A stretch of 64,000 bases of DNA from Eledone cirrhosa (GCA_964016885.1 CAXHJY010001530.1:62001-126000); one strand, 5' to 3'. Shown: positions 1 through 14,407, counted from the first letter of the stretch. Numbers and translations: made by a program. Notes: generated by a model not told the origin, from the letters alone.

Positions 1-3000
1 AAATGACAGACACCAACAATTGTTTCCTTGATTAGAGAGTCCAACGTTTTATTATATTGGCTAGCTAACTGTAAATGGTGTAGAGCAATGTATTACATGT
101 TTATATCTTTACTGGTATTGCCAGCCAACCTATACTTTCCTGGCTTATTGTTCTGTTTTTAAAGTTTGTTGTGTATATGACCTACTGAGATGCGTAAACC
201 AACTCAAAATGAACATGATTTGACCTTTATCTTAACTTTTCTTGAATGATTATAGGTTTTCCTTCTAATTCCATTTGTTGAAACATTTTTGGCTAGTTAC
301 CAGACTTCAAATGTTAAAAACGTTCAGAATGTATTGGACAAAATGTGAATTTATAGTGGGTAGCCTTCATTAAGATTTGGTGGCACAATCCAAAAGATGC
401 AGAGACAGTAATCATGTTGTTGCTCCTTATGGTGCTTGGATATTTAACCCACTTGTAATCATATATTTAATTAAATACAAGCTGTTTCAATTAATTAATT
501 AGTTAATGAAGGATTTCAATGATTTTACTATAATATTAATTATTTCATTACTAAGTTTGTAACTTACAATATATTTTTATATGTATATAACAAGAACCCT
601 TTAAAATGGGTGGTTTTATTTCATAGAACCAGAGCTGCTTTTGACTGGGTTTGAATCAAAAGGGTTAAAGCATTATTCAAACACTGATATTTTTAAGTTG
701 AGCTTTTTAGTAAACATGCTTTACATTTCATAACGTTTTTGTATGCTCCTTTCTCAATCAGTGTATTTCCTTCTTTCTTGGGCTGTGAAGAGTTTCTAAC
801 ACCTGAGGAATAATACTACTAGTTTCTCCTCATTTGGGGTTCCTCAAATCCTGTGAATAGAAAAAGAAAAGTGAAATAAACATTATAGTAATGTTGACTC
901 TATGTAAATTAACTGTGATTACTTCAGTTTTATAAGTATTAGTTTAGAAACCTAAAACCATGTCATAGAAGATTAATCAATGCTGTAGTTACTTTAGTGT
1001 ATATTAATTTTGTATTGCTTGATTAAACTAATTAGTTTATTATCATTAAGAGGGAATTAGTATAGTTCTAATATTTGAATTTATTGCTGTTTCTTGCTCA
1101 AAGTCAATCTTGAATTAGTTAAAAAGGAATTTCAACCATCAATATCTCAGCTTATTTCACACTACATTATCCAATATATCATGATTTGAGGAAAATATGG
1201 CAGTTTTTCTAGTGGGTCAAACTACCACGTAATCTCATAGTTGTTTATGCCTTTAGGCATACATTGTGGATGTTAACAGATATTGCAAATATAGCTTCAA
1301 TTTCAACAGTGAAGATTTCGAGATTTAAATATTGTATTATTATGGTTTCTATGTTTGTAACTAGATATATAGCAGCATTTTATAATCTGTAGAAAGCAAT
1401 TACAAAACCTGTCTATGAAATAGCAGACATTTGCTATTAATAATATTGTTATACTAAAAATATGTCTATATTTTGTGTTCATCCTTTTTATTACATTTGT
1501 TTTTTTCATATTTTAGTTTGAGCCCTTTACAGTCTGTTTGAAACAATAACTCCCAAATCTACCATCATCATCTTTAAACTTTCAAAATCTCATCTCATAT
1601 GAAGTGTTGGTGCATATATTCACTTCTTTTATAGTAGGCAAATATGATTTGTGTAGAATTTATCACCAAAATTTGGGTAAAAATGTTTCAAGCTATATAT
1701 CATTTATACTAATGTCATTGTTTTTTTTTTAATTATCCTAAATATTTGCCATTATCTTTATCAAAAAAGGAAATCAACAAATGTTAGAGTTATATTAAAT
1801 AAATCAAATTATAACCATCATACATATTGATAATGGTTTTACAAATTATGAGTTTAATATAGCAAAGTCCATTTCTCCAAGTTTCATATATCAAGTAAAC
1901 CAAATCCTGTCCTCATTTTATTGTTCTCCCATTACTGTTAGAAATTATCTGTACTCTACAGATTTTAACTATTTCTCTTGTTTATATACTTTTACTGGGT
2001 TTTACAACTGGGTTTTTGACAGATAACACATAATACATAAAAGCTGTACAATAATGACTATTTCACTTGTTAAAGAGCAAATACTACATATCTAGTTTAA
2101 TAATAAGAAAGCTTAATAATAAGAAATTTAGTTATATTAACAAATCACTAAACTTATTGATTATTTTCAACTATCATTTCTTTGATTATATATATAGTAA
2201 TGAAAATTTTAAATAACTTGTGTTTTTCTACTCTGGTAATTTCCTTAGAGATTCTGTAAAGTTTCCCATTTAGCAGATTTCTTTGGAGAATAGCCTTACA
2301 TAAGACTTAAACAGCTTGTTTTACTTCCATGCACTGGTTGGGTTTTCATGCACTTCATCAGGAAGCAAATTTCTAAATGATTTGTTTACCTTGGCTGATA
2401 CATAACCACATGTATTACCGATATATTAAAAGACATACACATTCTATTTTTAGAAAAATGGTAAAGTTGTAATAGACTGATAAGTTTTTAAAGAAACTAT
2501 GGAATAATTTGGATACCGTTAGGGAGTGGTGTTTTATGTGGTAGGGGTATCATCTTCTCCAATAAAAGCCCTATGTAAAGTCTGGTTAGTTGAAAATGCA
2601 TCTAATTATTCAACTTGCTTAGTAATTCCATGATTGTATCTAATTCACCTTTGACTTAGTCAAACAGAGTTCATTGTAGGGAAAATATTTCCCTCTAAAC
2701 ATGTTGTTCTAATGCTATTTTAATTTTTTATAATTTTAGGAGACTTTATTATTGTTACCATCCATCAGTAAATTTGATAGATAATATAAAGATGTATCAA
2801 TCAACTGGAGAGGCAGGGTGTTTGACGTTTGACTCTGGGGTCACAGCAGGCTTCCTCTCAAGGCTAAACGTTGATTAGTCCTGTGAAATGGGGGTTACTC
2901 TGAATGGGCTTTGGAGAGGCATTGCACAGTAGAGTGTATCACTCCAGGTAGAGCTGTTACTTCTTCGAATCAATAGATCACATCCTCTGTACTTTGGGTA

Positions 3001-4770
3001 TATGGTTAGAATGGCTAAGGTAAGAATCAATATTCATTAACCCCCTTTTTGTCAGTCCTGACCAACTATTATGCTAAACATCTTGCTTCCATATAAATGT
3101 TATTATTATTATTATTATTATTATTAAATCCCTTCAAAGTTTGAATTAGAAACATTTGAGAAGAAGAGATGATATCATATATAAACATATTTAACTCAGA
3201 AGATGGCATAACAGCATTATGACAAGGATTTTTATACAAAGCCCAGTATAAAACAAATTAGAGAAATTAAAAATAATCAAATCTGAATAATGTCCTGAGA
3301 ATAAAAGTTGTCTTGACCAAGTTAAAAGTTTTTAAAATCAATTTAAATTTTCATTCGAAGAAATACTATGAGAACTAGTACAAAATATCTGCCAACAACT
3401 TTAGAATTCATTTGCTGTGAATAATGTAATCTGTTCACTGTCAATAATGTAGTGTTTATATTGTCAATAAAACATAGATTTTTTCATTTAATTCTTTTCA
3501 TTTTCAGATGTTTTAAACTTATTTGTAGAGAATACTGAGATAATATTTTAGTAGATTGCATTCATTTAATTAACAAGCACTTTACAATCAATTTCATTTT
3601 CAAATATGTCAATAGCTTTGAGAGAACTTGGCACTTTTAATTCAGCATTTTTTGCAATTGACTTAAAGGGAATCAATATATTAATCTACAGACAGATTTA
3701 ACTGGTCTCGTGATTGGCTATATAATACATATGAGCAATTTATCTTTGCGTTGTTTATTTGTGTCTCTTCCCTTTCAACAAATGATTAATTCAGTGAGCT
3801 AAAATCATATTAATCACAAAAGTGTTCTAAAAGGTCTTGATTTTCCAAACCTCTTGAGAAGTTGAAGATTATCAATCATGCTACTGATAAAATGATAAAT
3901 TGATTAGCTAAGAAATATAATAATGTTAAAAAAGCAGAAGAAGTGAAAATAATCAATTGTTTTGATGTGAGCAGAGGGAATCAATTAGTAGAAAAGTTGT
4001 AGGAGACATGTACAGATAAAAAGAAATAAGATAAATATAGATTCAAACATTTTTGGCTTTGATGAGTTGGGGATATTTCAAGTGAAAACAATGATAAAAC
4101 AATGATCATTGAAGCCAAATTAAAGTTCTATTATATCCACCTTTATAATATTGAATATACATACATCAAATCAGCTTTTATAGAGAATGATTATCTACAG
4201 GTAACTGAAAGATAAAGTAATGCAAAATCCAAGTACGCAAAATTAAATATAATGATATTTTATTCAGGGTTTTGAATCTCAATTAAGCAATTTAAGAGAA
4301 AGTCTACCCCCACTTAACAATATTGTATATTTTATATCAATACCATATCAACTTTTTCTACTTCAATAGATATCAGATTGGTTGATTATTTAGATATTTT
4401 GCTTCTATAAGTTGACAAAATAAATACAAAAGTCAATAGACATCCTAATTGCACACTGACATAGATATACTCCATATTATCTAACTTATCTATACTTTTT
4501 GGTTTGGGGAAATACGACAACAATATATTTAGATGATTGAGGAAACAATAGAAAATCTATTAACTATACCATTATGTCAAACTGACTTAGTATTTGAAGG
4601 AGATGAAAAATATTTAAACAATTATTTCTATTAAAAGTAAATAAATTGATTTACCAATTCATAACATTTCCTAATGACACTATCTCCCTTGCATAAATTC
4701 ACATAAATGAATAAGTGTATAATGAATAAGTGTATAATTTTAAAGTTCTTTTACAAAGAATAGCAGTAAT

Positions 4771-4890
4771 AATTGTTTCTACTTTTGGCACAAGGCCAGC
4801 AATTATCCCTGGTACTTTATTTTATCAACCCCGTAAGGATGAAAGGCAAAGTTAATCTTGGCAGGATTTGAACTCAGACCTTACAGTCTG
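4771..4890 (-). mobile_element. tRNA-derived SINE (MetaSINE-like core), 5'-truncated
   Basis: Minus strand has a B-box (GAGTTCAAATCC) and core CCTTTCATCCTTACGGGGTTGATAAAATAAAGTACCAG. 17-bp target-site duplication AGAATAGCAGTAATAAT at 4757-4773 and 4891-4907. Confidence 0.85.
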
Positions 4891-5131
4891 AGAATAGCAG
4901 TAATAATGATCTTATTCTCTAAAAGGAAAAATACGGAAAAGTATATATCTATAAATTAAACATGAGCAACTTGAGAATAAATTTAAGGAAATAACTGTAT
5001 GATTATAATCTAAATATGATAACCTTGACAAAAAAACAATCAATGGTAGGAAATGTTCAAATCTATACAAATCTAACAAAATACTGAGTTAACAAATGTG
5101 GAATTTATTTTATCAGTTTCTTAGCAGTTGT

Positions 5132-5134
<3 letters not shown>

Positions 5135-5174
<40 letters not shown>
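5135..5174. repeat. (TA)n microsatellite, first of a chain (others at 5366-5379, 6810-6937, 7982-8000)
   Basis: Seen directly. Confidence 0.95.
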
Positions 5175-5178
<4 letters not shown>

Positions 5179-5262
5179 GTTATTCCGGGTTGAATCAGAG
5201 GTAACCACAGTAAGTAAGGTACTCAATACATTGCAGAGTATAAAAGTTTTAATATAGATGAG

Positions 5263-5309
5263 ATTCTACAGGACTAGAACTGTTTCATTCTTTAGAAATC
5301 ATCAGGAAT
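5263..5309 (-). ncRNA. Type I hammerhead ribozyme (F1)
   Basis: Minus strand: attc-CTGATGA-tttctaaagaat-GAAACAG-ttctagtc-CTGTA-gaat. Stem I attc/gaat, stem III ACAG/CTGT, GUA cleavage triplet. Confidence 0.8.
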
Positions 5310-5312
5310 ATG

Positions 5313-5359
5313 ATTCCTGATGATTTCTAAAGAATGAAACATTTCTAGTCCTGTAGAAT
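5313..5359 (+). ncRNA. Type I hammerhead ribozyme (F1, inverted copy, one stem III mismatch)
   Basis: attc-CTGATGA-tttctaaagaat-GAAACAT-ttctagtc-CTGTA-gaat. Confidence 0.7.
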
Positions 5360-5480
5360 CTCATCTATATATATATATAGTAATAATAATAAATTTGAAG
5401 ACTAAAATCCAAAGAGGGCTCAATAAGGATAAATATATATCAAATATATAAAAACCGTATAGCAAATATTTATTAAAATA

Positions 5481-5556
5481 ACAGATTAAAGTTTAAGCAA
5501 AGAATCGCTGCTTTCACCCTTAACGGGATCTTCTGAAACTAACAAAGTCAATCTGT
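5481..5556 (-). ncRNA. Hammerhead-like motif with CAGAAGA core (F2)
   Basis: Minus strand: acagatt..agttt-CAGAAGA-tccc gttaa gggt-GAAAGCA..TGCTT-aaact..aatctgt. Confidence 0.6.
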
Positions 5557-6721
5557 AAACGCAGAAGTGGATATTTCAATAAACGGTTCAACCGGAGGAA
5601 GACAAGAAGACGATACTTTGGTTCGTGGAAACGTTCGCTGGCAAAGAACGGGAAAAAACGAATATAATACGTCATTAATAGGATCGGTGAAAAACAATTA
5701 CGCGCAAACAGACCACATCTTAAACAAAAAATCTGAGGCAATTTCGGCTTGTAAACATAAATTGCACAAAACTTTCCTGTATTACAGCCCCACGTTATAC
5801 CCTAACGGATAGTACGATCTATACGTGGATATTTTACGTCTTAAGTATATGTTTTGTTTATACCATTACTTATTTGCATAGGTAAGTATATATTACCCGT
5901 ATGTTTTGTGAAGGTACGTATACCTTCTCGTACGTATATTTGATTGTTTATGTTATGGCGTATAATTTTATATATTCTGGTACATATAGTTTGGCTTTGT
6001 GTATACGGGAGTTTTGCGTCTGTGTGAGTATGCTGGTTCGTAGGTATGTAGGGTGTGTGTATATGTGTACTTCATGTTTTGGTTGACTTACGTCTCCGAA
6101 CATTCGTGTATTTACATGTAGGTATGTGTGTGCGCTTGTTATATACGTATTTATTTATTTATATACGTTTATATAATTATTTATTTATTTGTATACACGC
6201 ATACACACACACACATATTTATATGTGCGTGGTTTTATATACCTATGGTAAGTGTTTTGCGTATGCTTGTGTATGTACGTATTTGTTTGCGTGTATGTAT
6301 TTACTTATTTCTATTTCTTCTGTATTGTATTTATTTACTTTGTTCTTAACTCTGTAGCGGAGATTCATTCGGTCTTCTAGTTAGAATTTTAGTCTACGAC
6401 TTCTGCTATACCATTTACGTGGTTTTGTCTTTGCGTGCTATTGTTCTCCACGCTCCACATATGACGTATTATCTTCGTTTTTTTCGTTCATTACGAGAGA
6501 ACGTCTCTATGAACAACCTAAGAGAACATTAGTCTACGACCTCTTTTATACCATAAACGTGGTTCTGTCTTTGCGCGTAATTGTTTTTCACCGCTCCTAT
6601 TAATGACGTATTATATTCGTTTTTTCCCGTTCTTTGCCAGCGAACGTTTCCACGAACCAAAGTATCGTCTTCCTGTCTTCCTCCGGTTGAACCGTTTTTT
6701 GAAATATCCACTTCTGCGTTT

Positions 6722-6797
6722 ACAGATTGACTTTGTTAGTTTCAGAAGATCCCGTTAAGAGTGAAAGCAGCGATTCTTTGCTTAAACTTTAATCTGT
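6722..6797 (+). ncRNA. Hammerhead-like motif with CAGAAGA core (F2)
   Basis: Same fold as 5481-5556, with one stem II substitution. Confidence 0.55.
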
Positions 6798-6808
6798 TAT
6801 TTTAATAA

Positions 6809-6942
<134 letters not shown>

Positions 6943-7226
6943 ATAACGAAACGAAATTAAATTTCGTTTCGTTTGTAACTCACTTTTGTATGACTGACGC
7001 TTAAACAATTAAGTTAAAAATGTACATCCACATATGTATACTGAAATACTAGTATGCATATGAATACACACACGTGTACATATGTAGATGTACCGAGTTT
7101 TTCACTGGACACTTTACTGTGAGTGTCCAGCTATTCTGTATGTAGACACACAGACAAACCGGTTTTTAGAGTCATACTGGTTTTCGAGGAAACACCTTTC
7201 CTCTATTCTACAGAAAGCCAGACAGG

Positions 7227-7271
7227 AATATTGGACTAGTTTCGATGTTGTTACATCTCATCAGCAATATT
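7227..7271 (-). ncRNA. Minimal type I hammerhead ribozyme (F3)
   Basis: Reverse complement of 7714-7758. Confidence 0.9.
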
Positions 7272-7713
7272 TACCTATCTTCCAGCCTTTCTAGAGAATC
7301 GTAAAAGCACATATCGTTATATGCTTTTTCTATGAAAATTAGTAGTGGGCAGACTAATTTACATAGAGCGTGAGTACGTACCGGTTCAGCGGAGACGATA
7401 AAAACAAATAACGAAACGAAATTAAATTTCGTTTCGTTTGTAACTCACTTTTGTATGACTGACGCTTAAACAATTAAGTTAAAAATGTACATCCACATAT
7501 GTATACTGAAATACTAGTATGCATATGAATACACACACGTGTACATATGTAGATGTACCGAGTTTTTCACTGGACACTTTACTGTGAGTGAACCGCTGAA
7601 CCGGTACGTACTCACGCTCTATGCAAATTAGTCTGCCCACTACTAATTTTCATAGAAAAAGCATATAACGATATGTGCTTTTACGATTCTCTAGAAAGGC
7701 CGGAAGATAGGTA

Positions 7714-7758
7714 AATATTGCTGATGAGATGTAACAACATCGAAACTAGTCCAATATT
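7714..7758 (+). ncRNA. Minimal type I hammerhead ribozyme (F3)
   Basis: aatattg-CTGATGA-gatgt aaca acatc-GAAACTAGTC-caatatt. 7-bp stem I, 5-bp stem II, palindromic ACTAGT stem III, GUC triplet. Confidence 0.92.
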
Positions 7759-8029
7759 CCTGTCTGGCTTTCTGGAGAATAGAGGAAAGGTGTTTCCTCG
7801 AAAACCAGTATGACTCTAAAAACCGGTTTGTCTGTGTGTTTACATACAGAATAGCTGGACACTCACAGTAAAGTGTCCAGTGAAAAACTCGGTACATCTA
7901 CATATGTACACGTGTGTGTATTCATATGCATACTAGTATTTCAGTATACATATGTGGATGTACATTTTTAACTTAATTGTTTATATATATATATATATAT
8001 GTTTAATAAAACCATTGGGTAAAGACCAC

Positions 8030-8360
8030 TTTCGGTCATGAATGACTATGGGATTTTCACCTAGAAAGTTCCTCTCCGTGATACAAGTCTGAGCAAAGTT
8101 GTTTGTGGAAGACCAGCAGTCACTCATGCATACCTGTCTCCTCTTTCCACACCACCGTTCTTTTCCTAGGGAAAGGCAAAGGCCAATATAGCTTGACACC
8201 AGTGATGTTACAACTTATTTTTACAGTTCAGTAAACTGGAGCAAAATGAGTAATAAAGTGTCTTGCTCAAAGAAACAACGCATCACCCAGTCCAAGAATC
8301 AAACTCACAAACTCCCAATTCCAAGTCTAATTCTCTAACTACTAATCCATGCACCTTCAC
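8030..8360 (-). mobile_element. tRNA-derived SINE, degenerate
   Basis: AAAGTGTCTTGCTCAA core and a reversed tRNA-like head similar to 58920-59050. Confidence 0.55.
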
Positions 8361-8734
8361 TCAAATTTTTTTTCCTACAATTTATAATATTAAATTATAG
8401 AATTACCACTTTATCAAACAAATTATATTTTATGAAATATTGATATTGTCAAGTGATTACATTTTACAAACGTGAATGGTTCTGTTTGAAATAAATGACC
8501 AGGATAGCCAAACTTCTCATCTCTTCACCTTCCCTTTAGTGTCATCTTAAGCTGCAATTTAAAATATAGTTATAGTATTAGAAATTATATAAAAAAAAAA
8601 ATATAACAAAATATAATAATGGTGCCACAAAGATCTCAACATAAACATCCAATCCACCCTGCAAGGTGGAGTGATGATAGAGTAATCCTCTTGACATAAA
8701 CATCCAGTCTGACGTTATATGTATGTGTCTATCT

Positions 8735-8952
8735 AAAAAGAGGAAGACTAAGAATTATAGAGAGAGATCGCTAAATCGCCTATTGCGGTCCCTAGGACAT
8801 TGAAAATTTGAAATTGTTTTTAGTCAGAACACTCCCTGAAACATAAGTATTACATGTGTAAAGTTTGAAAACAGTCGGTTGGGTGTTTCTCGAGTTTTAG
8901 GGATTCAAACTCACACACACACAGACAGACATCCTCAGTTTTATATAGATAG
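8735..8952 (-). mobile_element. Helitron 5'-terminal fragment
   Basis: Ends in acacacagacagacatcctcagttttatatagatag, like the termini at 45940-45982 and 17030-17070. Confidence 0.55.
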
Positions 8953-10882
8953 TCATTCCATTAACTTAACTTTACATCTTGAATATATTTCCCATATCCA
9001 TTTATAGGGGAGTTAATTTGTTGAAAATTAAAATATATCATAATGATTTGAGTTTTGAAAAGCTTTAAAGGAAATTCTTTTCAATGGAAATTTTATATCT
9101 TTCATTTGCTTCTGTTTTATATTTTTGGTGGGGTTGTTTATTCTTCAAATTGAGAAGAAAAATATTGTAAAATTTTTATTTTTACTTTTTGTCTAATCTA
9201 TTGCTATATTAAGAAGTAATTTCTATCACATCTTTTTCTGAGGAATATCTTTTATTAACTGAGGAAAAGTTTTATATATGTTATTGTTCTGACAACATTC
9301 AATTCTATTTAAACAGGAATTATGAACATTAAGCAGAAATTTTTCTCAACTTTTTTCCACAAACAATCAAAGCAATATTGAAAGAGAGACTTTTAAGAGC
9401 TTTAATTAGATGTTTAATATGGGAAGCCCATCTGTCCTTTCTTCCTGAAATATAAATCCTATTATGTGTTAACTCTAATGATTAATGTACTCTGATAGAA
9501 TGATAGAATCAATTTCAATTATTCTATGACATGCTTTAGTTTAAGATTGTAATTAAATATAAAGCTTCTAATCTTTTAACACCTTCACAGAAAAATTGTC
9601 ATTAAAATCACTGAAATAACATTTTCTGTTCAAAATGTTCATAATTATTCTTTTTCCATGTATGAAAAATAATACTGATAAAACTTATCTGTAGTGTCAG
9701 AAAAATAATATCACAAAAATATTAATTTTTCTTTATGAGGAAGGTGTGTATGTCTTTATGAATTAACTAAACAGAATTGGCATAATCAAATTTTACATTA
9801 TTACAGATGTGTTTTCCACAAATGAAATTGTGATGATAAAATTTGCTTTTCTATTGTTGGTACAAACTACAACCTACTATGAAAGTTATTAGCAGAAATA
9901 TTATTTAGACAACAAATATTTTGAATGCAATCATGTAATATTTTGTTCTTAGGAAAAGTTTCTTAATTTGATATTAATCTATATACATCATCATCATCAT
10001 CTCTGTCATTTTAACATCTACCTTCTCTACTAGCAAGGTTTATATTATGTTGTATATTGCCTGTATATATAACTATGAGAGAGAAGCAGATATTGAAATT
10101 CTAATTTGAAAGTAAATAAAATATATGATTATGAGAACCATTAATTTGAGAATTATTGAAAGATTTACTGATATTCCCTAATCATGGTATTTCAAATCTT
10201 TTACAGATAATTTTCTTCTACATCTTTTCAGATATATAATTAGTTCTAGCTTATTTTATATGAAATTACAAATTTATATTTTGAAATTAACTTAGAGCAA
10301 TATTCTAAATAACTTATGTCCACATAGAAAATGACATGGTGGCAATTTTTTGTGTGTATTGTTTTGTTTTGTATCATACCAGCAATATAGTGATTGTATA
10401 TTTGTAATATATCCAATTCTGATGTATTTTTAATGCAGCTAAATGGTTGTAAGTGGCTGTTTATGTGGGTGTAATTGCTGTAATATTTAAAACAATGGGA
10501 ACTTCAATTGCACCCCTTGCATATCTAGGATTTCTTTGCTGAACTGTTGATATGCTTTTACAAATTAGTCAGAGAAACATTTCAGGACCTCTAAAAATAG
10601 TTGTAAGGAAGGTGAAAGGTAGATCAAACTGAAGATCTAGTGCAAATGTTTGAAATGCAGTGGATCTTGCTAAAGTCACCAAGCATCTGGTAGTGTCATT
10701 AAAGTTGGTGACAGATTAAATCTTCTATTCAATTAAGACACAGTGGGATTTGTGAACAGAAGGAAAAGAGCCAGAAACACAGTGTGTCTTGTCTAATGTT
10801 CTAACAATTCTAGTTATCTCCCACCCTCGCAGAGATTGTGATAATGATACATCTTATATATATCTGAAAACATTTGATTAAA

Positions 10883-11021
10883 TAATTGTTTCTACTTTAG
10901 GCACAAGGCCAGCAATTACCCAGTACATTACTGGTACTTTATTTTATCGACCCCGTAAGGATGAAAGGCAAAGTCAACCTCGGCGGAATTTGAACTCAGA
11001 ATGGCAAGGGATGTAACTCTA
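10883..11021 (-). mobile_element. MetaSINE-like SINE
   Basis: Same family as 4771-4890. Confidence 0.85.
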
Positions 11022-11599
11022 ATGTGCAGTATTTAGCCTTGTAAATTCATATTCTGAATGAGAATGTTACTGGTAGTGAATATCTATTTCATACTTCTGT
11101 AGTTAAAATAGTTATAAGTGTTAATTTTGAATGATTCACAAAACTGTACACTATCTATTACTAACAATGTTCTGGAAACCACCATTATCATCGCCATTAT
11201 CATCTTCATTATGATTGTTTTTACTGCTGCTTTTTTATGCTACCACAGGTTCACTGTGACTTTCTTGAAGCAATATTCTACAAGTGGCTGTACATTCTAA
11301 CACCAACCCTTACTTCTTTTGTTAAGTAATGTATTGATATTTGCATGTCAAACCACTTAATCAAAGGACATGTAGTTTATGTAGCACATAAACAAATGTC
11401 ATCACACACACACACATATATATGTCAGGCTTCCTCAGTTTCCATCTACCATTGGTTGGCCCAAGGCTATTGTAGGGGATGCTTACCTAAAGTTCTACAG
11501 CATGGGATAGAACCTGAAACCACTTGGTTATAAAGCAAACACTTCTTAAGAACATGGGTTAGAATATTGGTAACATATAGATATATATAAGTTGGTTAT

Positions 11600-11900
11600 G
11601 ATGATGACTGTTTCAGTTGATCCATCCACGGAATCACCTGCTTGTGAAATTAACGTGCAAGCGGTTGAGCAAACCACAGGCATACATATATAGCCTTAAT
11701 TTAGTTCTCAGGGAGATTCAGCATGACACAGAATATGAAAAGGCTGGACCTTCGAATTACAGGTACAACTCATATTTGTTGGCTGAGTTGCCTGGAGCAA
11801 TATGAAATAAAGTGCCTTGCTCAAGGGCAAAACATGCCACCAGGTATCAAACTCACAACCTTACAATGGTGAGCTGAATACCCTAACCACAAAGTCACAC
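11600..11900 (-). mobile_element. tRNA-derived SINE, degenerate
   Basis: AATAAAGTGCCTTGCTCAAGG core and a reversed tRNA-like head. Confidence 0.55.
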
Positions 11901-12842
11901 TCTTCACACACACACACACAAATTATACATATATATGAGAGAGAGAGTATGAATAATACACTCATGGACACACACAGTTTTATGTATATGCACACACGCA
12001 TACATTTAATGTAAAATTGAATGTATAAAGAATGAAAAATTATGTTTGTATGTCATCAATCAATATTAATCAATATATGGTAGTAAAGGATAATATGATA
12101 TTCAAATAACATTGATAATGTCCAGCAAGTATGAATAAATATGAACCAGAAAATCTTAAAGGAAAACCAACAAAAACCTAGATACAACAGAAAAAAATAT
12201 AAAAGAACGCTAAAATACTAAAACACAGAAATGAAGAAGAAATCCTTTGAATGCTTATACTTATATTAAAATATTCCACCATAATTTTATTTAAAGAATA
12301 TTTCAAGCATCTGTATACTAATGATTTGGTATGTTAGTTATCTCATTAAATTCTTCAAATTTTTAAAATTAATTTATAAATATAGTCAGTGTATTTCATT
12401 AGAAAGATGGTAATAAAAGGTAAAATACATCATGCTGGGAACGTTGAATATGATCTGCTACATATAAAATTGACAATAGGCAGGAAGATGAATTAGAAAA
12501 ATACGTCAGAATCATTATGGACACCAGAAAAATATTAAGAAAATCAGGAAATAAGTTACAAAAGCTGCCATATTAATCTTAAAAATATACCCTGAAAACA
12601 TCACTACATGAACAAAGATACACAAACATTAGCAAACTAGTATCAATAACCTTTTCCTGCTTATTTTTATTTATTTTTTTATGTGTTAGCAATACCTTAT
12701 TATGAAGCAGGCATCTTTCTAGAAAAATTCACCCTGCTCATATTATTACAATGGCTTCTGTTATTACTACTACTACTGCTGCTAATGTTGATGATACTAT
12801 ATTGCTGTTAGTGGTAACAGGTTAAATTAAAATTGATGCAGT

Positions 12843-12914
12843 TATTGTGTATTGAGAGATTAGCAACAATTGTCGGTGTACCGACAATTGTTGCTAATCT
12901 CTCAATACACAATA
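12843..12914. repeat. Perfect palindrome, 35-bp arms with 2-nt spacer
   Basis: tattgtgtattgagagattagcaacaattgtcggt-gt-accgacaattgttgctaatctctcaatacacaata. Confidence 0.9.
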
Positions 12915-13049
12915 CTTAACATGCTCATTCAAAGTTCATATTTAAGGAAGGATGAGATTTTCAATCCTGATTGAATCTAACCATGCTTTTGATCAAAGGA
13001 AAATTAATTTACATTTCCATTTGCAATTTTCTAAAATTCTGAAACATCT

Positions 13050-13830
13050 TCAGTGGTCGTTAATGTAATAAAGGTAGGAAGAGCAGCCAGTCCAACAAGG
13101 AGGATTAAGATATCTGGTGAATTAGACCACAAGATGGGTACTGACATAGTTAACCAGTTAATGCAGGAAAGTGTCATACCCAATGAGCAGCATAGCAGCA
13201 TCATTAACAATTGCTACAAGAGTAAAGAGAGGAATTTACTCAAGTATCAAACTCTTGGATCAGATTATGAATATCTCAATGTAATTTCACTAGTGATTTA
13301 ATTTCAGAATCAATTTCAGTGAGATAAAATTCAGTTTCATGCTTCAGAGAAGCACCACAAATTCCATCATCTTACTTAGACAGCTGCAAGAACTGTACTT
13401 AATTAAGAGTTAGACACTATACTTGGCATTTGTTGATAAAAAAAAGGCCTTTGTCAGAATCCCATGTTCTGAAATTTGGTGGCTGCTTAGGAAGCTAGGG
13501 ATAGAAGAATTATTTATGAGGGCTGTACAAGCCATGTACAGATGTGCAATCAACAAATTGAGGGTTGGTAACAAGTATAGTGACAAGTTTATTGTACAGT
13601 TGGGGATCTACTGAGTTTCAGATATCAGCACTCTCCTGTTTTCAAGGCCATAACATAAGAATTTAAGACTAGCTGTCTATGGGAGCTCCTATATGCTGAT
13701 AATCTAGCCCTTGCAACTAAAATGATAGATCTAAATAAGAAGTTCTATACAGGGAAGTAAAATATGAAATCAAAATAAATCTGGCAAATACTAATGAGGA
13801 AATGAAGACAATATAGAGTCAGAGAAGACT
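13050..13830 (+). pseudogene. RTE LINE reverse transcriptase fragment, degenerate
   Basis: AFVDKKKAFVRIPCSEIWWLLRKLG and WELLYADN, homologous to 53350-53800. Confidence 0.8.
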
Positions 13831-14407
13831 TTTTAGAATGAACAATCATAAGAATCTCTTTAGTGCTTGTGCTATGATGTAATGAACCCACTACACTCTG
13901 TAGAGTGGTAGTTCTGTTGCCACAATAAAATGCCTCCAATCCACTTTGTAAATGGAAACTGCAGGTGCAATGAAAACCTGCATCCAGTACACTATGTAAG
14001 GTGGTTGGTGTTAGAGCATCTATGCCAAATATAGAATGTATGAGCAAGATGAAATTATTCTGGCTTGTTTGGTCTTGGATCATGACAAACCATCCAGCCG
14101 ATGCTAACATAGAAAAAAAAAGTCAGGTGGTGTACAATTGAACTGAGCTTTAAGTCTGGTAGAGGTCAAGTAATAATGGTTAAAAAGTTATATTGGTTGA
14201 TGGAAGAGAAAAAAACTGGGGAAGTTGTTGGATAAATTCATGAGACTTGAGCTCATAATGCTAATGAAAAGCCAATACAATTGACAAGTAGCTATAGATT
14301 TGACTGGCAGCATGGAGAAATTAGTATGAACATACTGTATTAATGTTGACGACTATGATTATTTATATATAAAGTCATGTATATCAATACAGCTTCTCTT
14401 ATGTTAA

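Larger units (their letters stand above)
5175..5368. mobile_element. Short PLE-like fold-back element (family F1) between TA tracts
   Basis: About 55-bp inverted arms (5254-5309 / 5313-5368), each containing an HHR core; TA flanks on both sides. Confidence 0.75.

Noticed and set aside
2318-2370. Minus-strand CTGATGA..GAAA flanked by tttgcttc/gaagtaaa
   Set aside because: No stem III, triplet ends in G, 1-bp stem II; chance match or too decayed.
7088-7897. Near-identical 68-aa ORFs on opposite strands
   Set aside because: By-product of the inverted repeat; antisense to the HHR; no recognisable motif.
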